Origin: a virus
Lineage: Duplodnaviria > Caudoviricetes
Virus record (IMG/VR): IMGVR_UViG_3300025631_000005
Location: 1-64,000 of that record
Length of the DNA stretch: 64,000 bases
Reading direction: 5' to 3' (one strand)
Positions 49,865 through 58,012 of this stretch are shown here, piece after piece (position 1 is the stretch's first letter; the number at the start of each line of letters is the position of its first letter). Position numbers and translations under genes: made by a program. The notes beneath the pieces were generated by a model, which was not told where the DNA came from, did no database searches, and saw only the letters and a list, made by a program, of their open reading frames with translations.

Positions 49865-49870
49865 GGTGTT

Positions 49871-50839
49871 ATGGCTGAAACCATTATCGATGTGCCGGCA
49901 GCGAATGTGCTGATACCGACGTTCCGCGGTCGTATGCCCTGCAGGATTAGGTGGAAAGAGAAAGAGCTGCCGTCCGCCAAAGTCAAAATCATTGACTTGC
50001 CAAAACCGGACGGAGGAACCAGGCGAATCTATTCGCCGGACAGGCACCTGCGATTTCATCTTCGCTACATGGCTAGAGCGTTCAATCGGCTGTTCGAGCT
50101 TATCAAAAGCAACCAGGTGAAAGGGAGCCTGGAGCGCATCGTATTCGAAGCTGTCTGCGCTTTCGTGCGACGAGGCGACCCGGTCTCTGCGGCTTTAAGA
50201 CACTCGCCGTATGTCTACACAATCCAAATAGATATCCGACGATGCTTCGATTCGATCACTCCGGATATCCTATCCGCCGGGGTGCACACGTGCCCGGTTG
50301 TCTCCAACTACGCCGGCCCTCTCAGCAGTAACAAGACCGGCTTGTTTATAGACGGCCATCTGCCGCAAGGGTACTCGACCAGCCCGATGCTTTGCAACTT
50401 CGCGCTGCTCGGAGCGGATTACTTCGCCGTCTCGGCGCTGAAAAGCAAGGAATCGAGATTCGTCTACACCAGATACGCCGACGATATTACTGTATCGGTG
50501 AATAATAAAGATCTTGTAGACTATGCCATCGGCGCTGTTGTAGGGGCGTTGGGCATCTACGGCTTGAGCACAGCAGAAGACAAACTCAAAGTGCAGTGCG
50601 GCCGGTCGAACAGGAGACGGATACTCGGCGTATCCGTAGACGATATGGGCGTTTACCCGACAAGGGAGACGGTCCGTAGACTTCAGCGATTGCAGCGGGT
50701 CGACGCCCGTCGAGGCTATAAAAGCAGTCAAACGCTGGGCCTTGAAGCCTGGGTAAAACACATAACAGATGTCAGGGACCAGTTCCAAATGGAACTGCAA
50801 GACAAGATTATGCGGGATCTGAGGAGAAATAATGACTAA
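49871..50839 (+). CDS. retron-type reverse transcriptase
   Basis: LPKPDGGTRRIYSP, AF..G...AALRH (region X-like), DIRRCFDSI, LPQGYSTSPMLCN, YTRYADDITVS, RRILGVSV (region Y VTG-like). Confidence 0.92.
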   Translation: MAETIIDVPAANVLIPTFRGRMPCRIRWKEKELPSAKVKIIDLPKPDGGTRRIYSPDRHLRFHLRYMARAFNRLFELIKSNQVKGSLERIVFEAVCAFVRRGDPVSAALRHSPYVYTIQIDIRRCFDSITPDILSAGVHTCPVVSNYAGPLSSNKTGLFIDGHLPQGYSTSPMLCNFALLGADYFAVSALKSKESRFVYTRYADDITVSVNNKDLVDYAIGAVVGALGIYGLSTAEDKLKVQCGRSNRRRILGVSVDDMGVYPTRETVRRLQRLQRVDARRGYKSSQTLGLEAWVKHITDVRDQFQMELQDKIMRDLRRNND

Positions 50840-51056
50840 AAACAATGTGAAGGTCGAGAAAATCACCCTCTCGCAAGGGCGTACCACCGTAATAAAAGTC
50901 GGCGGCCAAGAGGTCGCCATTACCCCGGTGAAGCTGAGAGGCAACCGGGCATCGCTTCGCGTCAAATGTTCAGAAGGCGTCACTGTGAGCCATCTTGACG
51001 ACGATGATGAACCTTACAACGGAGAGTCTTACAACAATGATGACAACAATGGGTAA
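50832..51056 (+). CDS. CsrA/RsmA-like small RNA-binding protein
   Basis: KITLSQGRTTVIKVGGQEVAITPVKLRGNRASLRVKCSEGVTVSH aligns by eye with CsrA ([43 protein letters not shown]); SD GAGGAG; overlaps the RT stop. Confidence 0.6.
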   Translation: MTKNNVKVEKITLSQGRTTVIKVGGQEVAITPVKLRGNRASLRVKCSEGVTVSHLDDDDEPYNGESYNNDDNNG

Positions 51057-51198
51057 AGGACGATTGCTCGTTTTGTCCATGAATGGAGAACGTGTCTCCA
51101 TTCGCATTCTAGACATTATTAAAAAGGTTCCCAATTCGCAGAAAGCGGAGTGGAACAAGAACAAGGTCGTAGTGCAGGTTGAACGCGAGAAAGAATGA
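50995..51198 (+). CDS. small hypothetical protein (likely start at the later Met, MGKGRLL)
   Basis: Fills the gap between the CsrA-like gene and the AAA+ gene. Confidence 0.4.
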   Translation: MTTMMNLTTESLTTMMTTMGKGRLLVLSMNGERVSIRILDIIKKVPNSQKAEWNKNKVVVQVEREKE

Positions 51199-51234
51199 CT
51201 CTACACCACAATTGACCCTGGATAGGAGGACTCA

Positions 51235-52404
51235 ATGGGGGAGTTCGGCGCTATTGAGCTTGCAAGTATATTGATGCAAGCTAAATACGGTCGCAATGAT
51301 AAGTCGCGGTTGGTTCCTTATATTGTCGGAGACCCCGGCGTCGGGAAGACCAGCACCATTGAGCAGTTGGGAAAGTCGTTCGAGGCCGTCTATGGTACTG
51401 AGGTGCCTGTGATCACGATTAACCCACACATGTACGACCCGTTCGAAGTGTGCGGGTTGCCTGCGATCGTGAATGACAGCTACAAAATCACAGCGCCGCC
51501 GTGGTTTACGGATATTCGGGACTATGACGGGCCGGCGATTCTTCTACTGGATGAGATATCATCCTTGTCGACGGCTTTGCAATCGAAGCTGTTGAGATTG
51601 CTCGCACACGGCGAGCTGAATTACAAGTTGGGTTTGCCGGCTACGACGATGGTGATTGCGGCCGGCAACCCGTCACAGACGGCGACGGATGCATTCCTGT
51701 TCGATCCGGCATTCTCAGCCCGGTTGTGCTTTATAAAATGGGATGCGCAATCCAGCTTCGATTACTGGATGAGAGGCATGATCTCTGGATGCCAGTTCGA
51801 GCCGCCGACCATTCCTGTACTGCCGGCCGACTGGAAGAAACTGCTGCCGATCTGGGGCGCCTGCATCGCGGGGTTCGTCCGAAGCCATATGGAGTTTGAA
51901 TGCCATCCGAGTGAAGGCAACGAACCCTGGCCGACCAGACGGACCTGGACCTACGGTGCGGTCGCCTGCGCCGCTGTTGAAGCCTGCGGGGGCAGCAACG
52001 AAGAGATCGGTATGGTGCTGACCGGCTGCGTCGGGCAAAAGGCCGCGGGAGCGCTTATGAGCTGGAAAGAGGTGCAATCGGTCGTCGACGTGGAAGAGCT
52101 GCTGCAGGACGCTGTCCGCAGGGTACAGAATGGCAAAAAGGTCTTGTTGCCGGAAGCCGCCGTCAGACGATTGGACATCGTTTTCGCCATCGTCGCGGCT
52201 CTTCTGAGCTGCCTGTATCGCGATACGACTGATGATCGCTATAATGCTGTCTGCGCGCTGCTGACGGCGATGTGTGACGCCGGCTTTTCCGAGGCTGCGA
52301 CTTACGGCGCCATTGCGCTGTTCGAGCAGCACCGTCGCAAACTGCCTGCCGACCTGCTTAAACGGTTGCAGACGGTTCACAGTTACATACCGTTCAAGTC
52401 TTAG
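51235..52404 (+). CDS. MoxR-like AAA+ ATPase
   Basis: GDPGVGKT, LLLDEI, AAGN, ARL, PTRRTW (sensor II); SD GGAGG. Confidence 0.88.
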   Translation: MGEFGAIELASILMQAKYGRNDKSRLVPYIVGDPGVGKTSTIEQLGKSFEAVYGTEVPVITINPHMYDPFEVCGLPAIVNDSYKITAPPWFTDIRDYDGPAILLLDEISSLSTALQSKLLRLLAHGELNYKLGLPATTMVIAAGNPSQTATDAFLFDPAFSARLCFIKWDAQSSFDYWMRGMISGCQFEPPTIPVLPADWKKLLPIWGACIAGFVRSHMEFECHPSEGNEPWPTRRTWTYGAVACAAVEACGGSNEEIGMVLTGCVGQKAAGALMSWKEVQSVVDVEELLQDAVRRVQNGKKVLLPEAAVRRLDIVFAIVAALLSCLYRDTTDDRYNAVCALLTAMCDAGFSEAATYGAIALFEQHRRKLPADLLKRLQTVHSYIPFKS

Positions 52405-52418
52405 ATTATGGAGCAGTT

Positions 52419-53747
52419 ATGGAGAGTAAGGAGTACCATTTCGCAATAGCCGGAGCGAAGCAATGGCTCATACGGAAGCTGCCGGCCCTAGGCTGGTTCA
52501 TTGAAACGCTTCCGTGCGTCGTCACCAAATCGTGCCCAGGCGTAGCCGCGTCAAAAAACGGGGTGGTGTATGTCCATCCGATCGTCATCGACGAGCATGT
52601 CGCCATTCTGCCTTTCCTTTTGATGAGGGAGATGGCTCAGATACTTCTGAATCACAGTAAAAGAAGGGCTTTCTCAGGCATACCGCCGACGGTATGGACT
52701 CCGGCAGCCAGAATGGCGATCTATTGTCTGCTCGGCTCGGCTTGTATGCTACCGGCTCGTACGAAGGCGGAGCAGATCGGCCTGTTGGATCCGAGCGATT
52801 TCAATATGCCGACCGGCTGTAATGCGGAGCATTACGCCGACCTCATAATGAGCAACTCGCTGTCTTTCGACTTCGCTGGGCCCGGCGAAAACGACAAATC
52901 CGAAGGAACGGATACTGGCGAGAAAGAAAGCGGCTCTGCAGGGAGCAGTAAAAACGCCGATGCTGAAGACGACCAAGACGGCGGGACGGCTGAAATCGAC
53001 CTGAAGGCCGGCGGCAGCGCTGAGGACGGCTTGCGACGGCCGTGGGAGACGCAAGAGGACCGGGCGCGGCCTGCGTTCTGTATGCAGCTCTCCATCGAGG
53101 AAGCCCAACAAGCTATGCGAGGCGCGATCGGCGCCGGCTTCGACCGGCTGCTGGGCCAGTACGCCGGGAAAGTGGAGGGAGCTTCCAAGTTGCTCCAGCT
53201 GATCAAGCCCGACGTCGAGTTCGGTCGTGGGCAGACGCAGGAGTACAACTATTCGAAAATCGCGAGGCGGTCGCAGCTCGGGTACGGTTATGCGGTCGGC
53301 AGACCGAGAGCGCTCCTACCCCGTATGGACACGCGCAGCTACAAGGCGGCGATACTGATTGATACATCCGGCAGTATGTCGGAAGAGCAAGAGCTGGCAA
53401 AAGTCGCCAAGCTGGTATGGGCGATGGCGTCCTTGAGAGCTGGGCTGTTTCACGTGTTCGTCGGAGACACAGAAGTAAAGGCAAGCACTGTGCTCCGTAC
53501 GGCCAAGGAAAAGCTCAAGTTCAAAGGAGGCGGCGGAACCTCTCTGGACCAGATAATCAATCAAGTGCTTCAGACGATTCCGGAACGCCCGATCCAGCTG
53601 ATCATATTCACGGACGGCTGGACGCCGTGGCCAGCCCAACGACCGTCCGGCGTGTTCGCGAAAGTCGTACTGACCAAAGACCCCTCCAGTTACTATCCGG
53701 TCCCGGACTGGATGGAGACATACAAACTGGAGGAATTCATAGCGTGA
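52419..53747 (+). CDS. VWA-domain partner of the MoxR ATPase
   Basis: MIDAS DTSGSMS, GGGGTSL, IFTDGW; N-terminal metallopeptidase-like region has REMAQ in place of HExxH; acidic linker. Confidence 0.85.
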   Translation: MESKEYHFAIAGAKQWLIRKLPALGWFIETLPCVVTKSCPGVAASKNGVVYVHPIVIDEHVAILPFLLMREMAQILLNHSKRRAFSGIPPTVWTPAARMAIYCLLGSACMLPARTKAEQIGLLDPSDFNMPTGCNAEHYADLIMSNSLSFDFAGPGENDKSEGTDTGEKESGSAGSSKNADAEDDQDGGTAEIDLKAGGSAEDGLRRPWETQEDRARPAFCMQLSIEEAQQAMRGAIGAGFDRLLGQYAGKVEGASKLLQLIKPDVEFGRGQTQEYNYSKIARRSQLGYGYAVGRPRALLPRMDTRSYKAAILIDTSGSMSEEQELAKVAKLVWAMASLRAGLFHVFVGDTEVKASTVLRTAKEKLKFKGGGGTSLDQIINQVLQTIPERPIQLIIFTDGWTPWPAQRPSGVFAKVVLTKDPSSYYPVPDWMETYKLEEFIA

Positions 53748-53816
53748 GCCGTACAGCAAGCAGGCAGTCCGGTCTGCTGGTATCCTTCATGTATGGAGTG
53801 TGACATCGGAGAATAC

Positions 53817-53963
53817 TCGACCATGCAGCGTGGCGGGCAGTCGAGCCCGCCGGTAAAGGATCGAAACTGCATTCAGTTGCAGCCTGCGCTCGGGGCGAAA
53901 GCTCCACACTGGTTTCGCTTTCGCCCCTCGCTCCGCCCAACTGAGCAGCTTGTGCATGGTTGA
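53817..53963 (+). ncRNA. retron-like msr-msd cassette A
   Basis: a1 TCGACCATGCA, G53828, CGTG, GCGGGC-agtcga-GCCCGC, long hairpin (TCAGTTG/CAACTGA; GGGGCGAAAGC/GCTTTCGCCCC), G53952, a2 TGCATGGTTGA. Confidence 0.82.
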
Positions 53964-53965
53964 TG

Positions 53966-54005
53966 AGTCGGCCGGCGCTGAACCGCGCCGGCCGACTTCT
54001 TTTTT
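53966..54005 (+). terminator. intrinsic terminator closing cassette A
   Basis: AGTCGGCCGGCGC-tgaacc-GCGCCGGCCGACT (13 bp), then TCTTTTTT. Confidence 0.9.
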
Positions 54006-54054
54006 ATAGTGACTGAGGTTCGAATGCGGTCCAGAGATGTCTTAGGAGGCGACA

Positions 54055-55218
54055 ATGAGGTTCTATCTGAGATCCGCCAAATACTACCCGCAATTCGTTG
54101 CAGCGTTGAGCGGATATAGACAGGCCGAATCAGAAGGGCCGTACATGGCCATTATGAGGAGTTTTGTAAAAGCGGAATCTCGGGAAGAGTTCCTGAAACG
54201 CTGTGCGAATTACAATGGGCTTCGAACCAAGGTCAATAAGGTTATTGCCCATGTCTTTCCTTCTATCGTCCCGACACAGCATACGAAATTCGGGGTGATC
54301 GAGCTTCAAGATTGCTACGCAGCGCTCAGTAAGTCGGCTATAGACAAGTTCGCAAAGATGATACCGGAGCGGTATCTGATCGAATCGGCTTTGGCGAACT
54401 GCATCGACTACGTTCCAGAGCCGCTTATGGAGTGTATACATACCTGCCGACCGATACCCGATGAGGCGATCAGATCTGTAGAATCCGACGGCAAACTCCG
54501 TGCGGAGATCAGGCAGCGCGTTCTGGAGACATTTGCTTCCGGCGGGGCGGTGCGTCTGAATTTCTCGGTTGTCGGCCGTGTTATTCCTTGGGAAGAGCTG
54601 GCTGTCGCAACAGTGCTGGCCATGAGAGATATCGACTTCGTCCCGCCCTCGCACTGGTATTTCCTCCTGTCTGATCTGCCGCCGCACTGCAGTTTCGGTT
54701 GGGCGATCGTCAAACTGTTCCCGGAGCTCAGGCTGGATTTCTCGGCGATATCGCAGATCTGCTGCTGCAATAACTTTCCGAGTATATTGCGGCGATTGGA
54801 TCTGGCCGGCTTCTACCAGGCTGCGTTTTTCATCGACCGGCGCAACTATATGGACAGCCAAGGCTCGGACTCAAGTGAGACTGTCGGACTCGCGGGAGCT
54901 GAAGACGTGATCGAGAAGGCGGCTTACTACTACGGATTGAGCTGCGCCTGCCGCCATCGGGACATAATCGTTATGGAAGCTCTGGAGCGAGGACTGATCG
55001 AAACGGCGGCCAGAGCCGCCTTCCACTATGCGGACATATTGTCAGCGAAGGCGATAGCCGCTCTGCGGGACTGCAAGGCTACAAGGCCTGTCGCCGACAT
55101 GGTGGAGAAGTTGCAGTCTTGGCAGCCGCGGCGAGGGAATAACGTGCCAGCCGTCAAATTCCAGAGCCATCTGTCATCGTCAAGATCGAAGGAAACTGTC
55201 GATGAAGCCAGTTCTTGA
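54055..55218 (+). CDS. Cys-rich hypothetical protein, family A copy 1
   Basis: SD AGGAGG; HWYFLLSDLPPHCSFGW, QICCCNNFP, SCACR and RAAFHYADILS are shared with 56628-57812. Confidence 0.75.
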   Translation: MRFYLRSAKYYPQFVAALSGYRQAESEGPYMAIMRSFVKAESREEFLKRCANYNGLRTKVNKVIAHVFPSIVPTQHTKFGVIELQDCYAALSKSAIDKFAKMIPERYLIESALANCIDYVPEPLMECIHTCRPIPDEAIRSVESDGKLRAEIRQRVLETFASGGAVRLNFSVVGRVIPWEELAVATVLAMRDIDFVPPSHWYFLLSDLPPHCSFGWAIVKLFPELRLDFSAISQICCCNNFPSILRRLDLAGFYQAAFFIDRRNYMDSQGSDSSETVGLAGAEDVIEKAAYYYGLSCACRHRDIIVMEALERGLIETAARAAFHYADILSAKAIAALRDCKATRPVADMVEKLQSWQPRRGNNVPAVKFQSHLSSSRSKETVDEASS

Positions 55219-56374
55219 CACGCTCTATGAGTCGCCTGGTGAGGTAAAGTTTGCGGACGCGCCGGATACGCCCCTTGTGGCCGCCTGGTTTGCGCCGAAG
55301 ACTGTTGAGGATGTCGTCTACAAGAGCAGACAGCACCCATATTTCGGTATTGTTAACTATTTCAGGCTGTTGCCCGAAGAAGTCCGACTGGAGTTCATTA
55401 GGAACTACCCGACGACCTTATTGGTGACGGAGTCGTCGTTTATGACGAAAGAAGAGCTGCTGATGGCGGCCAGGCTGTCGCCTGTGACGGCTCTACAGAC
55501 TGTTCCGCACCGATTCAGTCCGGAAGAGGCTGCAGAGTTGCTTGAGATAGTGGCTAAATTCGGCAAAACAGCGCTGGTCAGAGGTACGTATTGCAACCCG
55601 TACATAGCGGCTGTACTGCTGGGCTTGTCGCGTGTTCGGAAGAACGAAAGCCTGGCAAAACGCTTGACCGACCAGTATCCGCTGTTGGCCGCAATAGCAG
55701 CTATCGCGGATCCGGAATGGAAGGTCGATCCGAAGTTCCCGAAAGAGGATTTTACGGAATATATATCGCATCTTGACAGGCAGCAACTCTTCGAAAGAGA
55801 TGAATATCTTACCGACTGCCTTTATGCATTCCGTAACGCCGAAATCCATCGGTATACATGGTGCGAACGTCACTCTGGTTTGTACCGAAGACTGTGGGGT
55901 AAACCAAGTACGATATTCGAGCCGTTCAACATCTGGGTCGACTTGCCCAGGCTTGTGTTGGACTCCCATGATATCGGAGAGTATCTGACGGATGACGAGT
56001 TCTATCATTGGTGTGTGCGTGTGAAATCTGTGTATGAGTCGGTGGACTGGAGAACGGACGCTTCCGTCCGTTACGACCACTTTCCGGACTACAGACACTG
56101 CCCAAGCTCCAGTTTTCCGAGCCATACTAGCATGTTAGTCAGTTCTCCCCTTTTCCTGGTACCGCCGCAAGATCCGCAAAAGCTGAATGAGTTGTTGTCC
56201 CAGGCGGTCAACCTTATTAAGTCTGCTAGACCTGACTACATTCTATCGCAAGCGGAGTCGTACCTTATTACCAACCCCAAGCTGCTGGATATGTTACGTC
56301 CTCTGTTGGATGAAGATGACTATGACACTATCAATACGGCGCTTGTCATCCTGCGATTAAAACGCGGCGGGTAG
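55202..56374 (+). CDS. hypothetical protein, family B copy 1
   Basis: AAWFAPKTVEDVVYKSRQHPYFG, LMAARLSP, FEPFNIWVD and RYDHFP are shared with 58012-59142. Confidence 0.75.
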   Translation: MKPVLDTLYESPGEVKFADAPDTPLVAAWFAPKTVEDVVYKSRQHPYFGIVNYFRLLPEEVRLEFIRNYPTTLLVTESSFMTKEELLMAARLSPVTALQTVPHRFSPEEAAELLEIVAKFGKTALVRGTYCNPYIAAVLLGLSRVRKNESLAKRLTDQYPLLAAIAAIADPEWKVDPKFPKEDFTEYISHLDRQQLFERDEYLTDCLYAFRNAEIHRYTWCERHSGLYRRLWGKPSTIFEPFNIWVDLPRLVLDSHDIGEYLTDDEFYHWCVRVKSVYESVDWRTDASVRYDHFPDYRHCPSSSFPSHTSMLVSSPLFLVPPQDPQKLNELLSQAVNLIKSARPDYILSQAESYLITNPKLLDMLRPLLDEDDYDTINTALVILRLKRGG

Positions 56375-56407
56375 CATCGTCGGACCGCAAAGCAAAATAA
56401 TAACATC

Positions 56408-56552
56408 GACCATGCAGCGTGGCGGGCAGTCCAGCCCGCAAGGAGAGGGATGAATTCAAGGAATCAGACCCCTCGGCGACAGCAAGACTCCGGAGGGTCC
56501 TCCTCCGCTTGGACTGTCGCCTCGGGGTCTTCTCCGTATCTTGTGCATGGTC
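56408..56552 (+). ncRNA. retron-like msr-msd cassette B
   Basis: a1 GACCATGCA, G56417, CGTG, GCGGGC-agtcca-GCCCGC, long hairpin 56466-56530 (AGACCCC/GGGGTCT; GGCGACAG/CTGTCGCC; CGGAGG/CCTCCG), G56543, a2 TGCATGGTC. Confidence 0.82.
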
Positions 56553-56554
56553 TA

Positions 56555-56594
56555 AGACCGGTCGGCTGGGTTATCAGCCGACCGGTCTCTTTTT
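56555..56594 (+). terminator. intrinsic terminator closing cassette B
   Basis: AGACCGGTCGGCTG-ggttat-CAGCCGACCGGTCT (14 bp), then CTTTTT. Confidence 0.9.
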
Positions 56595-56627
56595 CTAGCT
56601 GCTGTTGCCCGTAAAAAGGAGTCGGCT

Positions 56628-57812
56628 GTGAGATTCTACCTTAGAGCAACCAAGTACTACCAATATCTCGTTGCAGCGATTGAGGGGTATAACGGACTCG
56701 GGATGAGCAATCAGTATGCGGACGTCATGCTGGCTTTCGTCAGAAGCAAATCTCGTAAAGAGTTCTTAGAGAGCTGCACAAAAATAGGCGGGATGCGGAG
56801 CATAGCCAACAGTATCATTTTTCATATATTCCCGTCTATAATGCCGTCTCAGTCTACGGCTCTTACAGAGACCGCGATTGTCGATTGCTACGCGGCGCTC
56901 AGCTTGTCGTCTATGGACAAGGCGGCGGAGGATGCTCCGGAGCATGAAATACTCCGCGAAGCCCTTGCAAACTGCGTGGATTGCTACACTCCGAGGACCC
57001 TAATGCCGTACCTACATGTCTGTCAACCGATCTCGGAGGATGTAATCCGTTCGGTGGAGTCGGACGCCTCGTTTCGAGCCGAGATCAAACGGCAGATTAT
57101 TGAGGCGTTCGTGTCCAACGGGGCTAAACAGTTGAATTTCGAGTTCGCCTATGACACGATTCCGGCGGAATATCTGGCTGTCGCGACGGCGATGGCGTTG
57201 AAAGAAATAGACTGGATCTGCCCGTCGCATTGGTTCTTTATTCTGAGCGACCTACCGCCGCATTGCAGCTTCGGCTGGGCGCTGACTCAACTGTACCCGG
57301 AGCTCAAAATGAACTTTTCAGCCGTATCCCAGATATGCTGTTGCAACAACTTCCCTGCTATGGTGAAACAGCTGGATATGGCCAGTTTCTACCAGACGCG
57401 GCCGTTTATACATCACCATCAACTGCAAGGCACAAAGATGCGGGTCATAAAAACCCGTCAGGAACGAAAGATTCCGAAGAATGTGCCGACCGATAAAGAG
57501 CTGGTTTTCAGCGGCGATATGACCGAATACAGCCACTATTACGCTTGGAGCTGCGCTTGCCGCGGGCGGAACCTGCTTGTTCTGAGAGCCTTGGAGCAGG
57601 GTATGTTCGAGACCGCCGGCAGAGCTGCTTTCCACTATGCGGATATATTGTCCAAAGAAGCGATCACCGCTTTGCGAGACTGCACGACGACCAGACCGAT
57701 CTCTGAGCTGGTGGAGAAGTTGCAGTCCTGGCAACCGCAAAGCGGGAAACAGGTGCCGGCTGTCATGGTTTACGAGAAAAAGCGTTCCGAGTCGAAAGAG
57801 CAGTCCGTATGA
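56628..57812 (+). CDS. Cys-rich hypothetical protein, family A copy 2
   Basis: GTG start with SD AAGGAG; MRFYLRATKYY versus MRFYLRSAKYY. Confidence 0.75.
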   Translation: MRFYLRATKYYQYLVAAIEGYNGLGMSNQYADVMLAFVRSKSRKEFLESCTKIGGMRSIANSIIFHIFPSIMPSQSTALTETAIVDCYAALSLSSMDKAAEDAPEHEILREALANCVDCYTPRTLMPYLHVCQPISEDVIRSVESDASFRAEIKRQIIEAFVSNGAKQLNFEFAYDTIPAEYLAVATAMALKEIDWICPSHWFFILSDLPPHCSFGWALTQLYPELKMNFSAVSQICCCNNFPAMVKQLDMASFYQTRPFIHHHQLQGTKMRVIKTRQERKIPKNVPTDKELVFSGDMTEYSHYYAWSCACRGRNLLVLRALEQGMFETAGRAAFHYADILSKEAITALRDCTTTRPISELVEKLQSWQPQSGKQVPAVMVYEKKRSESKEQSV

Positions 57813-58012
57813 CAGCGTCACTTTTGGGGCAGTCGTATGAGCTGAAAGCTCATATCGAGGCGCGCGATTCGTCGAACAGCTCTCTGACAGCCGCTTGGTT
57901 CGAGCCGGCGGTCCTGGGCGACGTTGTGTACAAGAGCAGGCAAAGCCCATATTTCGGGGCCTGTTATTATTTCAGAATACTGTCCGCTGTTTCAGGCGAG
58001 AGGGATAAATAA
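57809..58012 (+). pseudogene. truncated extra copy of the family B N-terminus
   Basis: AAWFEPAVLGDVVYKSRQSPYFGACYYFRIL, then a stop at 67 aa. Confidence 0.6.

Noticed and set aside
49871-50839. RT as a DGR or group II intron RT
   Set aside because: No template/variable repeat pair differing at adenines, no Avd-like gene, no maturase or endonuclease domain, no intron domain V seen; motifs and flanking RNA are retron-like.
53966-54030. tRNA suggested by GGTTCGAAT near 54017
   Set aside because: Flanks do not form a T-stem and there is no cloverleaf; the nearby hairpin is a terminator.
56450-56466. Palindrome half-sites within cassettes (GAATTCAAGGAATC in B; TTTGATTC in R)
   Set aside because: Matches are too short and imperfect to exceed chance, so no link between the msDNAs and the 20-bp palindrome is supported.
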